DNA of 64,000 nucleotides from Candidatus Omnitrophota bacterium (GTDB lineage Bacteria; Omnitrophota; Gorgyraeia; Gygaellales; JAHJCI01): NCBI GenBank assembly GCA_042570305.1, contig JBHPGP010000004.1, positions 2,230 to 66,229 of the forward strand, read 5' to 3'. Shown piece by piece: positions 51,614 to 58,370 of this stretch (position 1 is its first letter; each line of letters starts with the position of its first letter). The notes under the pieces were generated by a model. It saw only the letters and a program-made list of their open reading frames with translations, ran no database searches and was not told where the DNA came from. The position numbers and the translations under genes were made by a program.

Positions 51614-52795
51614 CTATTGTTGCTTGATTTTCTTATTTAGACTTTTCCTGTCATTGAATCTAAATAAGTATGGCAGAAGAGTAAAATGGACTTTCTGCTC
51701 CCTTTTTATGAAGTCTCGTTTATATTGAAAAAAGCCCGGGTGAGGCATTCTTTTAAAAAGCTGCCAGCATTGAGGGTCGGGTACGGATATTTTTCCGAAA
51801 TAAGCGTAAGAAACACATTTTGCGCCTGACAGGCAGCCGTAAAAATACGGGCATTCCCTGCAGCTACTGAATGAATTATTCAGATTTCTTAATTGTTTTA
51901 ACTTTTTTGAGTTATAATAAATATCAATTAAGCTTTTATCCATGGCATTTCCCAGCCTTATCGGCAGACGCCTACAGGCAATTACTTCCCCGTTGGGGAG
52001 AATGGTTAAAATTCTGCTTTCTGTTACTCCACAATTAATTAGAGGACGCGTCACCTCTGAGGCAAAGACGCTTTCGTCGCAGCCGCCGACTAATTTAAGA
52101 TTACTTTTTTTTCTTTGCAATCTTGACCTTTCTTTATCTAAATCAAGATAAAATCTTTTTAAACTTAAGGGTGCCAAAAGATTTTTTTTTGCTGTTCTTG
52201 CCCTGCCCATGGGCACCAGTCTTCTTATGCCCAATTGAGAAACCCCAGTCTGCTCGCAGAGACGAACCAGACCGGGAATATCGGATAAATTTGCTTTAGA
52301 CAGGGTCAGAGATACGGCTACATCAATCTTGGCTTTAGTCAATATCTCGATTGCCCTTAGCGTTTTCGCAAATGACCCATTTCCTCTTATGGCATCATTA
52401 TTCTTCTCTAAGCCTTCTAAACTTACCTGAAACACCTCAACCCCCAATAATCTTAATCGCCTGGCAGAGGCATTAGAAAGCAAAGAGCCGTTAGACAGCA
52501 TGGATAGAAAAAAGTATTTCTTGTATTGATGTATTTTTTCTAAGAACAAAAAGAGGTCCTCCCTTAATAAGGGTTCTCCTCCCGCAAGAACCAATCTGGT
52601 TCGCTCAGGGCCAAGGGTGCGGAAATACCTGATTAATCTTAAGTATTGCTTGAATATGGCCAGTAGGCCTTTAAGGGGCAATTCTTTTTTTGTATATTCT
52701 TCTTCCTGATAGCAGTGCCCGCAATGCCAGTTACATCTTTCTGTAAGGTGCCATTGGAGGGTGAAATACCTCGGGCGTAAAGTTAAAGTTTCCAC
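51614..52795 (-). CDS. radical SAM/SPASM-domain enzyme
   Basis: 'WHLTERCNWHCGHCYQ', 'LAGGEPLLRED'. C-terminal 'CRECPYFYGCLSGAKC...DPQC' SPASM-like Cys array. GTG start. Confidence 0.85.
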   Translation of the reverse strand: METLTLRPRYFTLQWHLTERCNWHCGHCYQEEEYTKKELPLKGLLAIFKQYLRLIRYFRTLGPERTRLVLAGGEPLLREDLFLFLEKIHQYKKYFFLSMLSNGSLLSNASARRLRLLGVEVFQVSLEGLEKNNDAIRGNGSFAKTLRAIEILTKAKIDVAVSLTLSKANLSDIPGLVRLCEQTGVSQLGIRRLVPMGRARTAKKNLLAPLSLKRFYLDLDKERSRLQRKKSNLKLVGGCDESVFASEVTRPLINCGVTESRILTILPNGEVIACRRLPIRLGNAMDKSLIDIYYNSKKLKQLRNLNNSFSSCRECPYFYGCLSGAKCVSYAYFGKISVPDPQCWQLFKRMPHPGFFQYKRDFIKREQKVHFTLLPYLFRFNDRKSLNKKIKQQ

Positions 52796-52815
52796 TATTC
52801 TTTTTATTTTTTCGA

Positions 52816-53829
52816 TTAGTTAATCTTAAATTTTTCGATGAGGTTACTCCTCGAATCAAATTCATTTTCCAATAGGGAGTACAAACGATGCAAAAACTCA
52901 AGACTTGAGGTATTATTACATCTCTGACAATCATACTGCGGCAATTTTTTTATTGCCCGGCTGACACCTAGCTTCAAGGCATCTGTTTTCTCTAAAGTTT
53001 TTAGGTTTCGCTTCCAGGCGCAAGGGAAAAATTTTCCATCGGGTCCGAGATGAAAAAATACTTTTTCAGAAACGCAATGTATTTGTTTTGTTCTCGGCCA
53101 TTTAATCAGATACTCAAGAACCTCCTCTGGGCTGTTCACCGCCTGATTCTGCTTTCGTTTTTCCAAAAGTAACTTCTTGAAAGCCTTACGCAACTCGTTG
53201 CTGGTAGCAGATAGGTTGTGCCGATAGGCAGTTCCGTAATTTAGTAACCTTACCGGCTGGAAAATAACTTTTATACTCATTTTATTGGCCAAATTCAATA
53301 CATCATCAATATATTCTAAATTTAATTTCGTCAGCACAGTACGGAAATATACCCTTATTTTATTCTTTCTTGCAATCTGCGCAGCCTCCAGAACTTGCTT
53401 ATAAGTTCCCCTGCCGCGCATTCGATTATGTATCTCTTCCGGACCGTCAAGCGTAAGACAAAGCAAGCGAATGTTTTTAATACTTGCAATTCTCTGTTTT
53501 ACCAGCGTTCCATTAGAATTAATGTCTATGCAAGGAATGTTTTTTTCATGCGCATAAGCTATAATCTTACCCAAGTCATTTCTTAAAAGAGGTTCGCCTC
53601 CGGAAAAACATATAGCTTTCGTCCCTAGTTGAGACAATCCGTCTATAATCGAGAGGATGCTCTCAGTCTTTAGTTCCCGTCTTCTTGTTCTCCATATCCC
53701 ACAATATAAACATCTCAGATTACAACGGTAAGTCAAGCCCCAAACAACATAAAGCGGAATTCGCAGCCTACCCAACTTTTCTGCAATGATATTAGAATGT
53801 AATATCTTTCTCAATGGATTCAACCTCAT
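52816..53829 (-). CDS. radical SAM enzyme with C-terminal Cys-rich (SPASM/twitch-like) tail
   Basis: 'WGLTYRCNLRCLYCGIW', 'FSGGEPLLRND'. C-terminal 'GKFFPCAW...YDCQRCNN'. 4-nt overlap with the upstream gene. Confidence 0.8.
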   Translation of the reverse strand: MRLNPLRKILHSNIIAEKLGRLRIPLYVVWGLTYRCNLRCLYCGIWRTRRRELKTESILSIIDGLSQLGTKAICFSGGEPLLRNDLGKIIAYAHEKNIPCIDINSNGTLVKQRIASIKNIRLLCLTLDGPEEIHNRMRGRGTYKQVLEAAQIARKNKIRVYFRTVLTKLNLEYIDDVLNLANKMSIKVIFQPVRLLNYGTAYRHNLSATSNELRKAFKKLLLEKRKQNQAVNSPEEVLEYLIKWPRTKQIHCVSEKVFFHLGPDGKFFPCAWKRNLKTLEKTDALKLGVSRAIKKLPQYDCQRCNNTSSLEFLHRLYSLLENEFDSRSNLIEKFKIN

Positions 53830-55472
53830 TTTTTCCCTGTGGCAGCCGTCATTGTTTTGTATTCGTAATTGAGAATACGCTGCAATGCTACGAATAAATT
53901 ATTATTGTGCCTCTGCTGATACGACTCTTTTAAGAATGCAGGGAAGGTTTTTATAATCTCTTTGGAATTCGGTAAATTGTTTTGCCCCTTTAGATTCATT
54001 CTATCTTGTAACCAATTGCTGAATTCATCTATTAAGATTAAAGGAGTAAATTTTAAGTCCTGCAAGGCAATTCGGGAAGAAATTGGATAAACGCAAATGA
54101 GTACGGAAAATATTATAAATGCTTGATAAGTAAGCTGCTCGGGCAGATATTTGAGCTTTATGCAATAAAAGCTGCTGAAAATGAGTGGATATTTCTTGAT
54201 TAAACTTTTACTCCAAATGGTTTTTTTTATCAAATTTCCAATTAAATATAAATCAGCCCACGATTCCTTAAGATACAATTTACGTTTATTCTTTATGAAA
54301 ATCTCGGTCCCCGCTATCGGTGTCAATAAACGAATATGAGAATAACAATTCTCAAAGAGGCGGCTGTTCAATGCCAATTTTAAGGTTTCGTTTAAATCTT
54401 CTTTATTTTCGTTAGGAAAACCTATAATAAAAGAAAGGATTGCAAAAATATTATATTTCCTGCACTCTTGGATAGCTTTGGGAATAAGCGAAACATCGAT
54501 TTTCTTTTTGATCGACTTCTGTATCTTTGAAGATCCGGATTCAATACCGAAAAATATCCTTTTGCATCCAGACCTGGACATTACTTCGAATAATCCTTTA
54601 TCTATGGAATCCACTCTGGAACTGCAGCTCCATTCAATATTTATTTTTTTCCCTAATAAAATATTGCAAATTCGTTCGATATCTTTTGTATTGGTTAAAA
54701 AATTATCGTGGCCAAGATAAAATCTATTGATCTTATAGTTTTTTTTCAGGAAAATAATTTCTTTTAAAATATTTTCTGGACTTCTGATTCTATAACGCCT
54801 TTGCCAAAACATTCCGGTGGAACAAAATGTGCATTTATGAGGACAACCGCGGCCTATGGAAATATAAGCCCATCCATCTTTGAGTTCTTCTGAATTAGGT
54901 AAATATTCTTCGATTAAATGGTAAGCAGGAAGGGGTAGGGTATTTAAATTTTTGATCAGCTCTCGTGGTTTGTTCCGGATAATATTGCCGTTCTTTCTAT
55001 AGGTGATACCAGCCACATTCCCGGGATCCCTCTTTTTTTTTAAGCAATGCATTAAATCAAGAAGGGTTGATTCGCCCTCTCCCCTGACAATAATGTCCAC
55101 AAAGGGAAAGTTTTTCAAAGTATCATAATCTGTTGCTGTTGCCTGTGGTCCGCCAATGAGAATAATGCTTTGAGGATTAAGCTGTTTGCACTGGCGGGCA
55201 ATGTTTAGCACTATAGGATAGGTATCGCAACGACTATTAAAGCCTAATATATCCGCTCCTTGCCGGACTATAATCCTGCCGGCGTTACTGCAGAAGGAGG
55301 CATCATCGGTTAACTGAGGAATGCCGCTAAGTTGAAAAAGGTTAATGATTTTCACCTTGTAATTGTTTTTTTCCAAGACAGCTCCCAGGGATAACAGCCC
55401 CGAAGCAAAATCGATTATAAAATTAGGAATGATCTGTTCTCTAAAGTTAGAGTTTACGAAAGTAATTTGCAT
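53826..55472 (-). CDS. cobalamin-binding-domain (class B) radical SAM enzyme
   Basis: 'ILIGGPQATATDYDTLKNFPFVDIIVRGEGE' B12-type domain, 'IGRGCPHKCTFCST'. Confidence 0.85.
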   Translation of the reverse strand: MQITFVNSNFREQIIPNFIIDFASGLLSLGAVLEKNNYKVKIINLFQLSGIPQLTDDASFCSNAGRIIVRQGADILGFNSRCDTYPIVLNIARQCKQLNPQSIILIGGPQATATDYDTLKNFPFVDIIVRGEGESTLLDLMHCLKKKRDPGNVAGITYRKNGNIIRNKPRELIKNLNTLPLPAYHLIEEYLPNSEELKDGWAYISIGRGCPHKCTFCSTGMFWQRRYRIRSPENILKEIIFLKKNYKINRFYLGHDNFLTNTKDIERICNILLGKKINIEWSCSSRVDSIDKGLFEVMSRSGCKRIFFGIESGSSKIQKSIKKKIDVSLIPKAIQECRKYNIFAILSFIIGFPNENKEDLNETLKLALNSRLFENCYSHIRLLTPIAGTEIFIKNKRKLYLKESWADLYLIGNLIKKTIWSKSLIKKYPLIFSSFYCIKLKYLPEQLTYQAFIIFSVLICVYPISSRIALQDLKFTPLILIDEFSNWLQDRMNLKGQNNLPNSKEIIKTFPAFLKESYQQRHNNNLFVALQRILNYEYKTMTAATGKK

Positions 55473-55565
55473 ATGTCACTTCTATTTTTCAATAATTACA
55501 AATCTTATGGGGGATATTGCGGATATAAAAAAAGAATCAATCTAAAGAAGAGACGTATAACTAAA

Positions 55566-56576
55566 TTATTTGTCCAAGTCTTCAATAAATTTTACAATTC
55601 TTTTATCCGGATAGAATTGCAAAGAATAACAGGGAATATTTTGAGCAATCTGCTTAAGCAGGTTTATGTTCTCTCTGAAGATTATATTATCCCAGGTAAC
55701 TTCTGGAGTATAAGATATAAGCATAGACAAGGCCTTGATATTATTTAAAGGCACTGCCTTATTCTTATCATTTTTTTGCAAAAAGAATATCTTTGATATT
55801 TTTATACCACCCATAACATTATGCGAATTAAAGTTGCCAAAATATCCTGGAATTGGATATGCCAAAAAGGATTTTCTGTTTTTTTTAAGCGCGACCCGGT
55901 CATCATTTAGAATAACTGCTTGCCCATCCCATAACTTTGCCATTGTAGATTTACCGTCACCGGAATGGCCTAAGAATAAATAACACTGATTATTCTTGAC
56001 GACTCCGCAGGCATGAAAAATAATTCCTTTCTTCGAATGAAGTATTTCCGACAAGACAAGGTTTAATAAAGGATACTCTAAAGGATTGGGGCCTGCGGCA
56101 GATGAAGCAGGAGCATCGACGTAGATAACACCATTTTTAAAATTTTTCTGGAATACCGCAAGCCTGCGAGGCAAAGGAAGCAATACATTTCTAGAATTAA
56201 AATCTGAGGGCTCTTCTAGGGTAACAATAAAAGGCTGTTCTTGATAAATTGAGACCTTTTTGTGTACAATGGCGGAGTTTCTTATTCTGTATTCCACCCG
56301 AGGAAGAACAAATATCATCTTCCCATTTAATCTATAGGTACTCCACCATTCATCCACTCTGGCAAGAAAGTTATCCTTGGTAAGCTTGACCTGTGGGATA
56401 TTGCCATAACAGATACGAATAGTTACATCCGGTCGTTTACGACTACAAATAAATTTTTTATAACCCTGATTTAATAAAATTTTTTTCTTAGGATCCGATG
56501 GAACAAGAGCAATATTAATGCCAGATATCCTAAGAGTAATTTTATATTTATGTGTTGAACGGCTTTCCCGAACCAT
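55566..56576 (-). CDS. HPr-kinase-related P-loop protein (HprK C-terminal-domain-like)
   Basis: 'FHACGVVKNNQCYLFLGHSGDGKSTMAKLW' resembles the HprK/P catalytic P-loop context. No HprK N-terminal domain. Confidence 0.65.
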   Translation of the reverse strand: MVRESRSTHKYKITLRISGINIALVPSDPKKKILLNQGYKKFICSRKRPDVTIRICYGNIPQVKLTKDNFLARVDEWWSTYRLNGKMIFVLPRVEYRIRNSAIVHKKVSIYQEQPFIVTLEEPSDFNSRNVLLPLPRRLAVFQKNFKNGVIYVDAPASSAAGPNPLEYPLLNLVLSEILHSKKGIIFHACGVVKNNQCYLFLGHSGDGKSTMAKLWDGQAVILNDDRVALKKNRKSFLAYPIPGYFGNFNSHNVMGGIKISKIFFLQKNDKNKAVPLNNIKALSMLISYTPEVTWDNIIFRENINLLKQIAQNIPCYSLQFYPDKRIVKFIEDLDK

Positions 56577-56604
56577 TACAATGCTGATGGTGCTGTCAAT
56601 CTAC

Positions 56605-56769
56605 CTATGACTTAACGGGACTGCAACCAGCCAAAGCCGTGCCAACATATATTGCTGCGAGATAATTTGTTGCCTCCGGAGTATCCAGTAACGTTTCTTT
56701 CAATTCCGGAGCTTTGTATGTTTTCTTTCTTGCTTTCTGTTTATTTTTGTGTTTCTTCGCGACACCCAT
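56605..56769 (-). CDS. candidate RiPP precursor peptide, 54 aa: MGVAKKHKNKQKARKKTYKAPELKETLLDTPEATNYLAAIYVGTALAGCSPVKS
   Basis: Below the ORF-track size cutoff; hand-translated codon by codon. GGAGG lies 6 nt upstream of the ATG at 56769, with TAG at 56607..56605. Same strand, 24 nt after the PqqD-like gene and 28 nt before the kinase-like gene. Contains Y18-K-A-P21-E-L23 (YxxPxL). Confidence 0.6.
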   Translation of the reverse strand: MGVAKKHKNKQKARKKTYKAPELKETLLDTPEATNYLAAIYVGTALAGCSPVKS

Positions 56770-56793
56770 ATTAGACCTCCATGTTATTTTACT

Positions 56794-57084
56794 CTAAACA
56801 AATTCTATAAGCTTCTTATCTATCAATGGTTTTATAAATAAAATAAGGTCCTTATCTAATTTATTGGGAGAAACATCGAATTCTTTAAGTAACCTATTTC
56901 TAATCGCCCCCAAAGACCTCTTGCCATTTACAAGATTCCACATACACACGCCAACCCCAGTAATGATATAAATCTTTTCTAAATCTCGTTTTCTTCCTTC
57001 GGGAGTTATTATAATTATCTCCTCGCCTACAGTCCGGAATATAATAGAATGACTTTTTCGAAAGCATTTTTTTAATAAATCCAT
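56794..57084 (-). CDS. PqqD-family protein (RiPP recognition element)
   Basis: 96 aa. 'IYIITGVGVCMWNLVNGKRSLGAIRNRLLKEFDVSPNKLDKDLILFIKPLIDKKLI' follows the PqqD pattern (ln..g..iW.l.dG.rsl.eI...l...y.v......D...Fl..L....li). AAGGAGG SD. Confidence 0.75.
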   Translation of the reverse strand: MDLLKKCFRKSHSIIFRTVGEEIIIITPEGRKRDLEKIYIITGVGVCMWNLVNGKRSLGAIRNRLLKEFDVSPNKLDKDLILFIKPLIDKKLIEFV

Positions 57085-57162
57085 AAATCCTCCTTATTCT
57101 ATAATCTGGGCATACTCTTTTCTAATTTAGAATTACTAAAAAATACGAATAGAATAATCATA

Positions 57163-58143
57163 TCATTTTGTTATCTCTTCCAACTGCTGCAATAAGATAA
57201 CGGCTAATTGACATCCGGGGCTTTCTTGGTTGGGAGAGTTATCAATGCATTTGCGATAGTATCTCTTTGCTTTATCCATTCTACCTGCAATTTGGAATTT
57301 CAGGCCTACGAAAGCAGGTATATCGGCTTCCAAATCACTATTTGCTATGATAAAGCGATCCCGGAATTCATTTTCGGACATATTAGTACCTAAGAATTCT
57401 TCAATTAGGGAAAGGATGCCTCCCAAGCTATCCCAATTTTCAACTGGTAAAACTTTCAATATAGTTCTAAAAATTATACTGAAGCCATTGTCTGCGGATG
57501 CTAATTCTTGAAATAATTCTTTAGCTTCTTCGTGTCTGCCTAAAGCTTGGTATATAAGCCCCGTACCCATTTGGCTCGAGGTAAGAAAGAATTGGTATTT
57601 CTTATCTTGATATTCAGTGAGGACAAAATCATAGAAAGAAAGCGCCTCTTGATATTCTATTCTACGACGATATATATGACCTAAATGCATATAAGCAGAG
57701 GGAACCGCAGGGGCATTTTTATATATTCCTGCGTATTCTGATATTAATCTTTTATATGCCTCAGCCGCATCATCGTATCTTCTGGCATGATAGTATCTTA
57801 AAGCTGAATTTGATAAAATTGTCAATTTTAAAATTCCAATCCTGTACTGGTATTTTTCATAGTCATCTGATACAATACCTTTTTCCCATTCAGGAAATTT
57901 TTGTTTAATAATTTGCAATTTTGCAAAAGCCTTTTCATATTTATCTAAGGCATGCTCCCACTGGCTTGCCTTCCTATCCCTGGACGCCTCAATCTCTAGA
58001 GCCTTTGCCTGCTGATAATAAGATTCCGGTGCAGCCTTAACAAAAAACTGCTTTTGAGAAATACCGCGTAATAAAAAATAAATCAAAGGGGTAGCAATTA
58101 CCAGAATGATAATCGCCTTCATTATCTTCTTCATTTTTGCCAT
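57163..58143 (-). CDS. membrane-anchored TPR repeat protein
   Basis: Start placed at ATG 58143 (MAKMKKIMKAIIILVIATPLIYFLL, AAGGGGG SD). One TM helix, then several 34-aa TPR-like repeats ('AYMHLGHIYRRRIEYQEALSFYDFVL', 'GTGLIYQALGRHEEAKELFQEL'). Confidence 0.75.
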   Translation of the reverse strand: MAKMKKIMKAIIILVIATPLIYFLLRGISQKQFFVKAAPESYYQQAKALEIEASRDRKASQWEHALDKYEKAFAKLQIIKQKFPEWEKGIVSDDYEKYQYRIGILKLTILSNSALRYYHARRYDDAAEAYKRLISEYAGIYKNAPAVPSAYMHLGHIYRRRIEYQEALSFYDFVLTEYQDKKYQFFLTSSQMGTGLIYQALGRHEEAKELFQELASADNGFSIIFRTILKVLPVENWDSLGGILSLIEEFLGTNMSENEFRDRFIIANSDLEADIPAFVGLKFQIAGRMDKAKRYYRKCIDNSPNQESPGCQLAVILLQQLEEITK

Positions 58144-58251
58144 TTCTAACCCCCTTCTAATTCTCCTGCGCAAATTCTAAAACCATCTTAATCTGCCTGA
58201 TTCGGGAGAATCCGCTTAAACGTTTTAGTTTGCTTTAAGACTTTGTTTATT

Positions 58252-58279
58252 ATTATAGCATATTTTTTTTAGCCGTCCA
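58252..58279 (-). promoter_or_regulatory. candidate promoter of the radical SAM operon: TGGACG-16-(TGc)TATAAT
   Basis: On the reverse strand: perfect -10 TATAAT (58257..58252) with extended TG (58260..58259), and -35-like TGGACG (58279..58274). About 100 nt upstream of the TPR gene ATG. Confidence 0.4.
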
Positions 58280-58354
58280 TATTTTAAAAGGTATGTTTCA
58301 AGCCAGATTTTGAACATTATCATTGAGAATTGCCTTTATGCAAAATAACTATTT

Positions 58355-58363
58355 TGATATAAT
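58355..58363 (+). promoter_or_regulatory. extended -10 promoter element TGaTATAAT ending 7 nt before ATG 58371
   Basis: TG 58355..58356, TATAAT 58358..58363. No SD before ATG 58371. Only a weak -35 (TTTATG). Confidence 0.4.
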
Positions 58364-58370
58364 TATATAT

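Noticed and set aside
52731-52934. 67-aa minus-strand ORF as a second precursor peptide
   Set aside because: It lies wholly within the 3' end of 52816..53829 and the 5' end of 51614..52795 in another frame, and it has no SD. It is a shadow ORF.
55566-56576. HprK-like gene as the genuine HPr kinase/phosphorylase for the ptsH at 16640..16930
   Set aside because: It lacks the HprK N-terminal domain, lies 39 kb away in a compositionally distinct island, and is embedded between a precursor-like ORF and rSAM genes.
58216-58325. 32-codon minus-strand ORF (MIMFKIWLETYLLKYGRLKKICYNNKQSLKAN) upstream of the TPR gene
   Set aside because: It has no SD, it spans the predicted promoter elements, and it has no RiPP-like features. 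It is probably non-coding.
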